Part shown: piece after piece, positions 1 through 13,319 of the stretch | Layout of the letters: each line of letters starts with the position of its first letter | Position numbering within the stretch: the first letter of the stretch is position 1 | From: Euprymna scolopes | Taxonomy: Eukaryota | Assembly: GCA_053919585.1 (NCBI GenBank) | Contig: CM132804.1 | Length of the DNA stretch: 64,000 bases | Reading direction: 5' to 3' (one strand) | Made by a program: the position numbers and the translations under genes | Notes under the pieces: model-generated | The model's database searches: none | Told to the model about the DNA's origin: nothing | The model's input: the letters and a program-made list of their open reading frames with translations, nothing else

Positions 1-219
1 CTTCATAATTACTTAACCACCTTTCAGAGGGTATCCATTGTATCTCAAAACAAAATGGAGGCCAAGAAGAACATAGGCAACAGAAGTAATAATTGTAAAA
101 TTAGAGTGCTTAGTATTTGAAAAGAAAGAGCATAATAAAAATGGAAACAATTGAATTATTAAACGTATTTATTTATTTTTTCATTCTGTAAACCTTAATT
201 TTTATTTTATTTTTATTAG

Positions 220-396
220 CAATAGATTACATTTGGAATATGATAATTAATGTATTTAGCCCGTGGATCCGGCCACTGAAGGGGCCTGTCCAAACTCAAC
301 TGCTGATCCCCTGGACCGCTGGAGATCATGAAGCCGCCACAATTATGGTACAGAATTTCTGTGATGCTGTGCAGTATATCCATACGTTTTATAAAT
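220..396 (+). CDS. EPG5: EPG5 internal exon (first in window): IDYIWNMIINVFSPWIRPLKGPVQTQLLIPWTAGDHEAATIMVQNFCDAVQYIHTFYK
   Basis: Pyrimidine tract with AG at 218-219 (alternative in-phase AG at 224-225); donor GTAAGT at 397. Peptide resembles the recalled EPG5 segment LFKPWI...YPW...SIVQLFTDCI. Phase 1 joins the next exon. Confidence 0.88.
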
Positions 397-1052
397 GTAA
401 GTATATGAATATCTTCTTTGCTTGTCTCAGAGAAAAGCCCTCCCCCCCCACCTCCTTTTTTTTTTTTTTTTTTTAAGAATGCTAAAGAAAATGTAATGTG
501 TAAAAAAAAGAAAAAAGAGGTGGGTGGGTTAAAAATGCAGCTCATTCAAGTGGAACAAACAAAAAGAAAGAAAATTTATATGTCATTAGCAAGAAAGTAA
601 GGCTTGATCTTAATCTATATTTCTCTTAGTCTTCTTGGAAACTACTGGGCTGATCTGGCTGAAATTTCGTATGGACCTTTCTTATGATAAGGTGTAGCAA
701 ACCAAGTATTATGGTATCCATTCGATGCACAGTTAGGGATTAATGGAGAATAGTTGACACAATATCACATTTACTCTCACTTTTTCTCAGAAACTACCGG
801 AGCGATCTGGTTGAAATTTTGTATGGGCCTTTGTTATAAGAAGGTGCAGTGAACAAAGTATTATGGTATTTGTTCATTGCATGTTTAGGAATTAAAAAGA
901 TTATTTAATGCAAAATGAGTGCAAATTAATCATATTCAACCATCAATTTGGCATAAAGCACTCATTCTAAGGCAACGGGCTATAATTTTTTTCCATTTTT
1001 AACTGCCTAAATAATTTAGTAACTGATAATAATAATAATAATAATAATAATA

Positions 1053-1261
1053 CAGTAGAACCCCTAGATACGGCATTAAAAATTATTAACAAGATACAGT
1101 ACAGTATATAAATAATACACATGTATATAATCAAATAACATTATAAGTAACACTGTAAGGTGGGGTAAATACCATAACTAGGGGCCAAAAAAGACATTGT
1201 ATTCCACATCGTAACCTAAAAAAATCGTATTCTGGAGTCACCGTGTCCTGGGGTTCTACTG
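1053..1261. mobile_element. Tc1/mariner (pogo/Tigger-like) MITE; longer relative at 51413-51680
   Basis: Termini CAGTAGAACCCC...GGGGTTCTACTG flanked by TA on both sides. Internal sequence is shared with 51413-51680. Confidence 0.8.
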
Positions 1262-1658
1262 TAATAATAATAATGAAAAGGAAATAATAATCATGTATAC
1301 AAATTTACATTTCATGATAAAAGAAGAAAAAGATTAATCTCATTAATAACTGATAATAATAAAAATAAAAGAAATTTTAATATAGACACAAAAACAGTCC
1401 CTTATTCTCATTATTAGAACCTATTTATTTATTTTATTGCAATGGGAAAGAAGTTAAGAGTAGTTGGAGTCATCAGGAGCGCTCTACGGATCATTTAATT
1501 TCCAGCCAATCTGGAAAAAATATCACCACATCATTAGTCAACATATAATTTGTCAAAAGTTATTTTTAAAAAAAACAAACAAAAAACGGGAGGGGCAGAT
1601 AACTCTGGTCTAAATCCATTTTATTTATGCAGTATTACTTGAGTTTTCTAAAGTTTTT

Positions 1659-2126
1659 GATACTTGTACAATTTAATCAAGACATTAAAAAATGAAAATA
1701 TCGAAACAAAAAGGTTATGTTGTACGTATCCGTTTTGAACTGAAGATCTCTGGAAAAAATTGCACTTAATTTGATCGAGTAGTTTTTTTACAGCGGAAAA
1801 ACATGTTTTTATGAGAGCGCGTTGAAGACAGACATCTTGTATTTGTTTTAAATTTTTGTTTGAATTTTAGAAACGCCATGGGGAGATAACTCCATGTAAA
1901 GTGCTGACACTCCCTCCACATCTTTAATACTAGCTTTTCTTCCTAAAAATCGATCATTTTGCTCGGTATCATAACAAGTTGTTTTTTCACTGTAAAATAA
2001 AAACTACTTGATAAAATTAAGTGAAATTTTTTTTCCGGAGAACTTCATTCCATAACAGATATGTACAATTTAAACTTTTTTGGATATTTTCATTTTTTAA
2101 TGTCTTGCCTAAACTGTACAAGTGCC
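1659..2126. mobile_element. Fold-back MITE family 1, copy 1 (about 470 bp)
   Basis: Long TIRs TACTTGTACA...TGTACAAGT. Homologous to 24481-24956 and 29849-30302, with the core in the opposite orientation. Confidence 0.85.
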
Positions 2127-2325
2127 AAGTTTTCAAATTTAATCTTATAAAATAATATTTTCAAAAGATTATATTATATTCATAAACCATGTTTGTTTTA
2201 CTATTCTTTTCTCTTATTTCTATGATTTCACGTGTTTTTTTTTTGTTTGTTTTTTTTTGTTTTCTGTTCTCTTATTTCTGTGATTTCATAAAATGGTTGT
2301 TTTTCCACTGTTGCGTGTTTTCTAG

Positions 2326-2507
2326 CATTCATAACGCCTGTCAACCACACTCAGGAGATTCTCGGAAGACTCTGGGTTTTCTACACCTCAGTTTTAGCAA
2401 CAAGGAAGATCCCTTCCTACTGTGTGACGCTACTTAATGTCGAACTTGCGCTTTTACCCTGGGAACAGCTCACGATTGATCTACAAGTGGCAGAAACCAT
2501 GGCAACT
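2326..2507 (+). CDS. EPG5: EPG5 exon: FITPVNHTQEILGRLWVFYTSVLATRKIPSYCVTLLNVELALLPWEQLTIDLQVAETMAT
   Basis: ttttctag acceptor, GTGAGT donor, open frame of 2+180 nt. LPW motif matches EPG5 RKLPWKDL. Phases agree on both sides. Confidence 0.88.
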
Positions 2508-2528
2508 GTGAGTAGATTCGGTTTTGTG

Positions 2529-2579
<51 letters not shown>

Positions 2580-3383
2580 GGGGTGGATGGGGCTCACCAT
2601 TGAAATTATTTCTAATGATCTCACTCCCCTCCCTTTTCATTACTTCTCCCCCTGAATTTTCCCATTTCTAACGTTAAATGTATATAAAACAGTGTTGTCT
2701 TCTTTACCCTTACTCTTGTCGCTGTTTTTGTTCCTTTTCTAATGAGAAGCATTTAGATTCGAAATGCCATTGCCTAAAGAATATATATACGTATACATAA
2801 ATATATATGGAAACAATTTTGTGTTTACTATAAACTTTTTATGCAAATATTATGCAAGTATAAATCATGTAGAATATCTGCATGAATATAATTACACGTA
2901 ATAGTTTACTAAAGATGATCATCCCATAAGAAAACCGGAAAAAAAAAAACTAATAGGGAATTAATTAAAATGAATTTTTAAAAGAATATGCAAATTAGCT
3001 AGATCTTTTTCTAGTGAATGCAATTCCAGAACCCATATATAAGAAAATTGTATTTTCTTTTTAAATAAATAGAAAAGGGGCTGCCTTTTTTCTGTTGTTC
3101 TTGGCCTTCGTGCCAGGATCAAGGTGTAGTATCTGTTCTGCAGATGCTGCACTTAAGATAGTTTGTACCAGTCAATGGAGGGGAAACCCTCTATACTGGG
3201 ACAATTATTATTTTTGGTAACCAGAGTGCCCCCTTTTTGCCTACTTTTAGGGGAGCTGGTTTTTTACCCAACATTAAAAACGGCCTTGTGTCTAATTTGC
3301 TTTGGTGGGGAAGCAAATAAATACATTAAATAAATAGAAAAGAGGATTTTAATATGAATATCAATACACACAAAAGAAAAACG

Positions 3384-5094
3384 GATTTATAGGACACATA
3401 CACCAGATTATAGGTATCCAAGATTTATAGGACACATACACCAGATTATAGGTATCCAAGATTTATAGGACACATGTACCAGATTATAGGTATCCAAGAT
3501 TTATAGGACACATACACCAGATTATAGGTATCCAAGATTTATAGGACACATACACCAGATTATAGGTATCCAAGATTTATAGGACACATGCACCAGATTA
3601 TAGGTATCCAAGATTTATAGGACACATACACCAGATTATAGGTATCCAAGATTTATAGGACACATGTACCAGATTATAGGTATCCAAGATTTATAGGACA
3701 CATACACCAGATTATAGGTATCCAAGATTTATAGGACACATACACCAGATTATAGGTATCAAAGATTTATAGGACACATGCACCAGATTATAGGTATCCA
3801 AGATTTATAGGACACATGCACCAGATTATAGGTATCCAAGATTTATAGGACACATACACCAGATTATAGGTATCCAAGATTTATAGGACACATACACCAG
3901 ATTATAGGTATCCAAGATTTATAGGACACATGCACCAGATTATAGGTATCCAAGATTTATAGGACACATGCACCAGATTATAGGTATCCAAGATTTATAG
4001 GACACATGCACCAGATTATAGGTATCCAAGATTTATAGGACACATGCACCAGATTATAGGTATCCAAGATTTATAGGACACATGCACCAGATTATAGGTA
4101 TCCAAGATTTATAGGACACATGCACCAGATTATAGGTATCCAAGATTTATAGGATGCATGCACCAGATTATAGGTATCCAAGATTTATAGGACACATACA
4201 CCAGATTATAGGTATCCAAGATTTATAGGACACATGTACCAGGTATCCAAGATTTATAGGACACATGCACCAGATTATAGGTATCCAAGATTTATAGGAC
4301 ACATACACCAGATTATAGGTATCCAAGATTTATAGGACACATACACAAGATTATAGGTATCCAAGATTTATAGGACACATGCACCAGATTATAGGTATCA
4401 AAGATTTATAGGACACATGCACCAGATTATAGGTATCCAAGATTTATAGGACACATGCACCAGATTATAGGTATCCAAGATTTATAGGACACATACACCA
4501 GATTATAGGTATCCAAGATTTATAGGACACATGCACCAGATTATAGGTATCCAAGATTTATAGGACACATGCACCAGATTATAGGTATCCAAGATTTATA
4601 GGACACATGCACCAGATTATAGGTATCCAAGATTTATAGGATGCATGCACCAGATTATAGGTATCCAAGATTTATAGGACACATACACCAGATTATAGGT
4701 ATCCAAGATTTATAGGACACATGTACCAGATTATAGGTATCCAAGATTTATAGGACACATGCACCAGATTATAGGTATCCAAGATTTATAGGACACATGC
4801 ACCAGATTATAGGTATCCAAGATTTATAGGACACATGCACCAGATTATAGGTATCCAAGATTTATAGGACACATACACCAGATTATAGGTATCCAAGATT
4901 TATAGGACACATACACCAGATTATAGGTATCCAAGATTTATAGGACACATGTACCAGATTATAGGTATCCAAGATTTATATGACACATGCACCAGATTAT
5001 AGGTATCCAAGATTTATAGGACACATACACCAGATTATAGGTATCCAAAATTTATAGGACACATGCACCAGATTATAGGTATCCAAGATTTATA
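3384..5094. repeat. 38-bp minisatellite, about 45 copies (GATTTATAGGACACATRYACCAGATTATAGGTATCCAA)
   Basis: Directly visible head-to-tail units with few variants. Confidence 0.98.
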
Positions 5095-5201
5095 ACTAAT
5101 TAATTCAACTGAGTGCTTAATAAAAGGAGGAGAAGATATATTCTATTAATATATATTATTCATATATTTGTTTCTATTATATATGTAGATTTGTTTATAT
5201 T

Positions 5202-5566
5202 AATATCTGATATTTCCTAAAAACCTCTGGCCTTGATGGAGAGGATACTAAAACTTGCTATTGTTTCAAATGATCTGAAAGAAATAACACTAAGGGGAGA
5301 CTTGATTCCAAATATTTCTCATATGTTATATCTCCATTTTTTTTTGGAAATAGGGTATGATTATAAATATCTCCAGTATCAAATAATCCTTATGCACTGT
5401 GAAATTTACTTTATGTATGAAAAGCAAAGAGGGGAGATATAACATATGAGAAATATTTGGAATTAAGTCTCCCCTTGCTGTTATTTTTAATCATTTGAAA
5501 TCATAGCAGCAAATTTTAGTCTCCCCTCCATTAAGGCCAGAGGTTTTTAGAAATAAATTAGATATT
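5202..5566. mobile_element. Fold-back MITE with about 130-bp TIRs
   Basis: aaaacctctggcctt...tatttctcatatgttatatctcc is mirrored by ggagatataacatatgagaaata...aaggccagaggttttt. Confidence 0.8.
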
Positions 5567-5806
5567 TTGTAATTCATATGCAAAACTAGGAAAACAAATG
5601 ACTATGATTGGAATATTTTATGGCTGTAAGAAAAGTGCCAAAAATAAGCTCTGGATAATGGATGATTCCCTAAATATGCGACCTTAAGGGCAAATGTCAC
5701 AAAGGCCACTACACAAGTCAGGGCATTACCTTTCCAATGAGCCTTCATTTGTTAAATTCTGATCAATAGTTGCTGAGATTTGAAACTTATAAACTTGCAA
5801 AAAAAG

Positions 5807-5855
<49 letters not shown>

Positions 5856-6765
5856 ATGTTTAAAGATACAAAATTTATATAACGATTTAAATAGAATGTG
5901 CGGAAATTTCTCAAGAGCTCTTTCGGCTATCATCTCGTCAGGAAAAACTCGATAGCATACAAAACAATATTATTGGCAAAATTAAAGAGCACTCCAACAT
6001 AAACAAATTCCTGATGAACCGCCCCTTTAAGTAAGACACTTTATCAAATCTCCAATACTAGCCATTACCACGATACTATCCCATTGATTACTGTACACAC
6101 AATAAACCTTATCCCCCAGTGGCCTCCAGGCCTTGATAAGTAGTGACCACCATGTAAAAACAAGAAAAATCAATCGGATTTTCCCATTTGACTTTGATTC
6201 ATTTTTTAAAAGATTTTTAATTCAGCAATTCTATCACAAATTTTACATAAGAATGCACTTTTAGATTTTATATAAATTCTCTCACCTTTCTTTCTATAAG
6301 GAACACACAAACAACACACACACACACACACACAAACATTGAGTTTTATATATCGAGATATTAGATTATTTGAAATGGATGGGATCATAAAGGATGACTG
6401 GTAATTGTAGACAACTTTATAAACAGACTAGGATAACCTATGACCTTTTGGGTCGTCTTGAAAGACTAGAGAGTACGAAGAGGATCTTGAGTTTACCTTT
6501 GGTAGTCTTGTAACTGTTGCTTCCCTTATTTTGTCCTTTAGTCCTCACATTCCATGAGCAATGTTTCTGACAAAGAGGGAAGAATTGCAGTTTTCTGGAT
6601 CTGATTCTACCCATCTAACACATTGTTACCTAGTTTTGAACCTTAAAGTGGTATTTTTTTCAGCTCCTTGCATCAAGTGGCTTTATGCCTTGTCTAAAGC
6701 GATTTTCATAAAAAGAAAAAGAATAGACAATATTTAGTATATATATATAATCATTATATATACAT

Positions 6766-6829
<64 letters not shown>

Positions 6830-9170
6830 TTTAGTTGTAAGCCATGTTTTAGTTTCAGAAAAGTTTCCGATGGGTGATTATTCTATACAAGTCCTGGAGA
6901 TGACGAATTCTCAGTGGACAGCTGTTCTGTATACGTTCCGGACTTTCAATTAACCATTAATTTGTCAATGTAATACCAGAATGGTATTGATAGTGTCATA
7001 TTCTTCTTTTTTTTTTTCCTGTTTAAAAAACAAACAATTCTATCAGAGCGAGTATTTATCTAAAGTCGGGAAATAATAGAATATCCGTTGTATAGAGTAT
7101 CCGTCTTGTAGAAATTATTTAATATTTAGTTATCGTTGATCTTCAGTTGTAAGCTGTGTTTAGTTTCAGAAGAGTTTCCGTTGGTAGTTATTCTATACAA
7201 ATCCTGGAGATGACGAATTCTCGGTGGCAGTCGTTCTGGACTTTATAATTTTGCAGCCAAGGAGCAAAAGATCCTCCTCTTGTTGACACGAAAAAAATAT
7301 GTGCAAGGTTGCTAAAAAGGTTTAATTTTTATGGAACACTTCTGGTTTCTGATTGGTTGATAGCAGAACGTGAATTAATTTGATTTGTCAGTTCCTAGCA
7401 GCAGCGTTTATAAATAGAATCTCCCAACTCTGAGGGACCATACCTCCCCCATTATGAGTCAAAAATATTGCAACATATATATATATATATGGGGAGGAGG
7501 TCACCAGTTTTTAGGGTTGTTGATCATTAGTTTTATTGGAATGTATACACGCCAGTTTCCGGTTATACTTTAAGGAGTTTTGTAAAAAAGAGAAGCATTT
7601 TTGGGATGTGCCAGATTCAGAGAAATATTTTCAGTGAAAAAGATTTTCAGTGTTTATGTTCAAATGTGAGAAAAACACGAGACATTGTCATACGGTAAAC
7701 AAAACAAAATAATGAGTTTAGAAGGCATACAATCACAAAAGAGATAATTTTATATATGTTTAAAATGGAAGATTTACAGCAATAGAAAAACATAGAATGA
7801 GTTTAGAGTTCTTGTAAAAACAAGAGATTCATTTGCTGAGACATTAGAGGAAATCTGGATTATTAATTAAAAGCAGGGGTCAAGAAAATCGTATTCAAAA
7901 CTTCTCTGCTCAATTAAAATAAATTATAATTCATAATTGTTTTTAAGGGTTAATGTTCATTTGTTTATCATATTAGAAAATAGTTTCAGTGGTAAAGTTT
8001 GGGAATATTTCAATGAATAAGGTTTAACAGATGGACAGACGATAATAAGTCAATGTGTTAGGTATGTGTCTGTATTTTCGTTAATGTTTGTATATATGAG
8101 TGGAAGGAAATGTTGCAGAGATGATCACCCATAGTAGGGGTGCCAGTGACACTGATCTACAGATTTGAGTCAACTGAGTTCCACTGGTTTGTTGAAGAAA
8201 AATCTGGCTTTTAAAGGATTTAGGTGGCTTCCAGAAAGACCATTTCAAATAAATTCAGAAAGTTTTCTAATTGGCCCAAAATATAATTATTTGTCTTTAT
8301 TCAGGACAGTGTATGCGCAGACGACATGCGTACAAACGTGTTTATGTATTTAGATTTTGTACGTCGATGTGTAAACATCGACTACACTATCATTATGATG
8401 ACAAGAAGAAAGAGTGAATGCCAGTCTGTCAGAGCGAATGCTACATCGAAGTCTCGACTCTAACTGCTTTATGATTCTGAATTTAAAAAAAAAAAAAAAA
8501 ATAGAGTGGAACTTACGAAATTAATTGGTTCCGGCTTGTTTTCGCATCTTGAAATGTTTTTAGATAATTAGTGATCAGATGATTCTTTACTATTGAACAG
8601 TTTAGATTATTATTATTTATTCGCTAGGAGTAGTCACACAAGCCATCATCAAAGATTTCTCTTTGAGAACAACTTGTGGTGTTCTCTGGAGTCTGAGTGA
8701 CAACAAGTCTCCTCAGATTTTTTAAAGGGTTTGAGTAACTACTAGAAAGACCATTTCAAATAAATTCAGAAAGTTTTCTAATTGGCCCAAAATATAATTA
8801 TTTGTTTTTATTTAAGATAGTGTATGCGCAAACGATATGCATACAAACGCATTTATGCATTTTGATTTTGTACATCGATGTGTAAAACATCCGTAAACAT
8901 CGACTACATATAGAAGAAATAGGATGGCACTTTTTTCTTTTTTTTAAGTCGTTAATTGAATATTCAAATTTTTTCAGAATGCCAAAACAATATTTTTTTT
9001 TCTTTAAATAGGTATTTAAAGATATTAAGCAAGCTTTTGGCTCAAATGAGCCGATTTCAAGCAATTTATTTTTTTATCTTTTTTTTTTTTTTACAGCCAT
9101 CTTTCTGAAATTGCTTTCAAATTTGTTTTGTATTAATGCAACGTTTATTCTTTTTTGTGCATCTGTTTAG

Positions 9171-9359
9171 ATTCGAGAAAGCGGCAACCCCGAATGTTTT
9201 CAGATGGTCAAAGTAATTGCTCCGCACATCAACTGGAAAAACTGCTTACAAGGTTTCATAAATTCTCATCCGGCCACAATCGTGGCCAAACTGACATCGT
9301 ATCTCTTTTACCTCTTTTTACAATTAGCGGGAGATGATAAAGACAGTTTTTTCGCACTG
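9171..9359 (+). CDS. EPG5: EPG5 exon: IRESGNPECFQMVKVIAPHINWKNCLQGFINSHPATIVAKLTSYLFYLFLQLAGDDKDSFFAL
   Basis: ctgtttag acceptor, GTAAGT donor, 189 nt, phase 0/0. Resembles EPG5 VERGSPKSCF...VNW. Confidence 0.88.
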
Positions 9360-9605
9360 GTAAGTACCGCGATTCTCACTTTTGTTGTTGTCTTCTTCTC
9401 CAACGTACAAACGTGTCTGTTTTTTGTTTTTAGCCACTTCTTATTTTCTCTTTCTTCCAATATTTTTTAATCCCCCCCCCAAAAAAAAAACAATTGGTTT
9501 ATATTGATGTCATTAAGACCAATGTATACCCTGGTTTACCATAAAACACAATAGCAGTCCTAACCACTAAATGATTATTAATATGGTTACACTCGATATT
9601 GAGCA

Positions 9606-10234
9606 CCAGCAGGGAGACCCGACATTGCCCAGGATTAAATTATGATCAACAAATATTCCACACTTCCAAAACTTATTGTCATCAAAATTGATGAAATTGC
9701 CCATTTTTCAATCAAATCGATTGATTGCCTGCTCTTTACGTACTCACCTGCAGTGACTTAGTACACAATACATTGTAGTTAACAGTGCATTGTAAAAAAC
9801 CTATGGTTGATTTTATATAATTATTTTATATATAATGGCTTGAATTATAGTTTTAAATGCAAAAGTCAAGTATCATGCTTCAATTGGGCTCTAAACAAAA
9901 ACATTAATTTCGAACGCGCCTCTGTCATATCAAAGAATCTATTGTTGATTTTATATGCCCGGCCTTTTTGCTTGTGCGGTAATAAAACTTCTCAAATGCA
10001 TTTGTGATTTTAGGTTGTATAAAGGTGTTAACTTTGGTCAAAATCGCCTGTTTCTTCTTTAATCAGATCAGTTTTTGATACTTATCGGGGACATTCCGAC
10101 ACAAAACCTATCTAAGAACACTCTCAGATGCATAAAGTACATTTGTTTGAAATTTCAAAAAAAGATCTGGCCAGCCTTTTTGGAGTCCATAGGGAACGAT
10201 CTCACACAGACACAGTGCCTTCTATATATAGAGA
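9606..10234 (-). mobile_element. Non-autonomous Helitron-like element
   Basis: On minus it starts TCTATATATAGAAGG...TGTGTG and ends with a GC-rich hairpin plus a degenerate CTRR. Confidence 0.55.
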
Positions 10235-10851
10235 TATTTTTTTAGCGTATTTGAAATTACTATAAAATAATTATTTTATAATATTTGAAAAAAAAATTAT
10301 ATATCAAGTAATTAAATTTTTCTACATTATGCATTTAATTTTTAATGTCTGTTTCAGATTTAAAATTTTTTATAAATTTCTCAAATGACTTTTTTGAACA
10401 CGCAATGTCCATTTTCCTCTCCAACCTTATTTGTTACTGTCTGATCTAAACCATATGCATACACAAACTGAAAAAAAAAAAAAATCATGTCGTTAAAGAT
10501 ATAAATGTATATCTATGCATACAAGGAAATAACACTTATGCTTGCTGTGTTAAAAAAGTTTTTCCAATATAAAACTTTAATATATCATCAAAACAATAAG
10601 GAAAAGCAAAAAGGGGAAAATTAAGAAAAAAAAAAAAACTCCTACAGGCCATAGCATTTCAAAGCTAAATGCTTCTCATCGGAAAAGGAGAAAGACCATA
10701 ATTATACAAAGTGCAAATATTGATAAAAACTTGCTTAATAACAAATATATGAAATTTATGTAAATTTTGACATTTTTTTTTTCTCTCATTTCGACGTGAC
10801 ATGAAAGTACATAAGTGTTTTTTTTTTTTTAATTGAATTACCTTTTTCTCT

Positions 10852-11364
10852 TCTATATATCTATAAAAGTGAGAATGTGTGTGTGTGTGTGTGAGAGAGA
10901 GAAGACACTTCTCAACCTATATACGCAATGAATTTTTGATCCACATATTTGAAATTTGGTATATAGGATATTCAGACATGCGGAAAACTTTTTAATCAGT
11001 TTTTATTCCAGAATAAAAGGGTTGCTAAAGGGGTCAAAATTAGCAAATTGGTACTTGAGGTGGGGGTCGCTGGATTTTTTTATTTGTTTTCCAAGTGTTT
11101 CACAACTGTACGTGTGCGGTCGAGAAACACGACAGCTTCTTTATGTTAAGAATAAGATTTTTTTAAAACACTTTGTAAATCTTGTGTCAGGCTGATGTAA
11201 TGGTGACCATACTTGACTTAATGTCTTTGTTTTGGTGTCAGTATTTTTTTTTTTTTTTTACTAACAAGAAGTGAACTGTTTAGAAAAAAAAAACATAATA
11301 CTTGCATGCACATGTCTCCATTTATGCGTATTTTACAACCGGGCAATGCCGGGCGGCTTGCTAG
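10852..11364 (+). mobile_element. Non-autonomous Helitron (type B body)
   Basis: 5' TCTATATATCTATAAAAGTG; 3' hairpin ccgggcaatgccggg then CTAG followed by T. Homologous to 46410-46920. Confidence 0.8.
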
Positions 11365-11574
11365 TCTCTAAATAAATCGGATGCTATAAACGTCTTATTC
11401 ATTAGAAAATTACCTCCACATGCTTTGCTTGCATCAGTTCCGTTTGTGTTCCTGTATCCTCATAAACACGGCCTTCTTACGTTACGAAACAAAATGGAAT
11501 CACTGGCGGTCGTGACTAATTGCAGTTTTGAACATGTAATTTGATCTATTGGTGATTTCTTTTCATGTCCGCAG

Positions 11575-11732
11575 ACAGAAGAAGTCGTCTCAATGTTCAT
11601 GACAGCTGAAAATTTGTCTTGGACTTATTTGGATTCTTCCAGCTTCACCCAATCGGTTAACTGGTACCTCCAACATTGTCAACCAAAATCTGTCCTTGCT
11701 CAACGCTCATCATTACAGGCTCTGGAATTACG
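11575..11732 (+). CDS. EPG5: EPG5 exon: TEEVVSMFMTAENLSWTYLDSSSFTQSVNWYLQHCQPKSVLAQRSSLQALELR
   Basis: tccgcag acceptor, GTACGT donor. LSW motif as in EPG5 SLSWHLVD. Phase 0/2. Confidence 0.88.
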
Positions 11733-12244
11733 GTACGTCTTATATCTTGTTTAATTATAAAAAAAAAAAGTTTTCATGCATGCAAACAGCAATTCTTCCC
11801 CCTTTTTCAGAAACATCACTGAAAGAACGTGAGGACTAAAGGACAAAATAAGGAAGCAAGAGTTGCATTTCACGTTAATTGCACTGCATTTCTTGTGTAT
11901 TCAGTGCTGCAAAAAAAAAAAATTTGAGTTGCATCTGAACTTCTTTCCACAAATTGAGCAGAAAAATTGCCCCCCCCCCCCCCCGGGGAACTTTTGAACA
12001 CTACAACCACCTGATCATCACTTCAATTTTAGTACATTCATTCTTAAACCTTTAATTTCAATAGCATTCCACCAAGTCTTCTGTTGTTTCACAAACGAGT
12101 ACTAAAACATCGGCATACAGTATCTATTCTGGACAACTTGTACGAAACTTAACGTTTAATGGATTCTAAGCTTTTGAACACAACAACCATTGATCATCAC
12201 GTTCATTCTTGACTAAAGATACTTTATCTGAAAATATTTCATCC

Positions 12245-12930
12245 AAGCTCATTGGCTTAACATTCACAGGGAACATGAATTGAAACAGATACACTGAGAG
12301 CATTGCCAAGGCTGCTGCAAAGAATGTTCAAAATCATATGATGTCTTCAGAGGAATCTGACCAACAATGGACCGAAGTCTATGGAGAACACTAATCATGA
12401 TTTCATCTGTGTCATGAACATGCCATGATACAAAAAGAAAAAGATCTGCTGCTAGTCTCACTCTTAGACAGGATTCCAAAGAGAGTCGCCAACCTAATAG
12501 GTCCCACACTGTCAGCTAGGCTTCAACCTCTGTCCCACCGACGAAATGTTGCATCCCTCTGCCTGTTTTACAAGTATTTTAATGGTGGATGCTCTGACAA
12601 ACAACAAGGTCATGCATCCCTTCGACATAAATACTCCCGACAAACCCGACAAGCAGCAAAATCCCACCCCTACACAGTAGAGATCCCTAGATGTAAGAAA
12701 GCCTTTTACTCTAGTAGTTTCTTTCCCTTTGACTGCTAGACTTTGAAATTCCTTTCCAGGTTCTTGTTTTACCGACTGTACTGACATGCAGAAGTTCAAG
12801 TGTAATGCAAACAGACATCTTGCTGCTCAACTCCCTACATAGTATCCCTGCAAATTATGTCCCAAATAGTAACCCCCTACATCAAATAGCACTGTGCCTT
12901 GTTTGAGGTGAAAATGCAATAAATAAAAAA
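12245..12930 (+). mobile_element. CR1/jockey-like LINE 3' fragment (family A)
   Basis: LQPLSHRRNVASLCLFYKYF...SHPYTVEIPRC peptide, A-rich tail. Multiple paralogues in the window. Confidence 0.9.
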
Positions 12931-13119
12931 TAAATTTTAAAAAAATTCTTAAACTTTTAATTTCCATAAGATTCTTTAAAGTCTTCCATTGTTTCATCAT
13001 AAGCAACTGCTGAATCCGCAGCATCTCTTGTGTATGAAACGTAACAAACTTAACTGTTATATTTTAACGACACAATTGTATGTTTTCTTGATTTTTCTTG
13101 AGTCTTTTCTCTCTTTCAG

Positions 13120-13319
13120 GATAATCAAATCAGCCTCCAAATTCAACCAAGAAAGCTCCGCTTACTGGAATGCTGATATCAGCAAGAAACGTGTCGGTTA
13201 TGTTTACTGCGTGGTCCAACTTTTGTGCCAGTGTTCTTACCAGGATGACATCAGCGAGGAAACATTTAGCAACACCATTTTAAACCTTCTTACGGAAATC
13301 GAGACTGTTGAAATATCAG
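13120..13319 (+). CDS. EPG5: EPG5 exon: IIKSASKFNQESSAYWNADISKKRVGYVYCVVQLLCQCSYQDDISEETFSNTILNLLTEIETVEIS
   Basis: ctctttcag acceptor, GTAAGA donor. Phase 2/1 agrees with neighbours. Overlaps ORF 12989..13339. Confidence 0.88.

Noticed and set aside
3384-5094. CRISPR-like regular array
   Set aside because: No unique spacers, the units are head-to-tail, there are no cas genes, and it lies in a eukaryotic intron.
8205-8910. About 190-bp direct duplication (also 6830-6950/7140-7245)
   Set aside because: No ORF, termini or structure recognised; ordinary local duplications.
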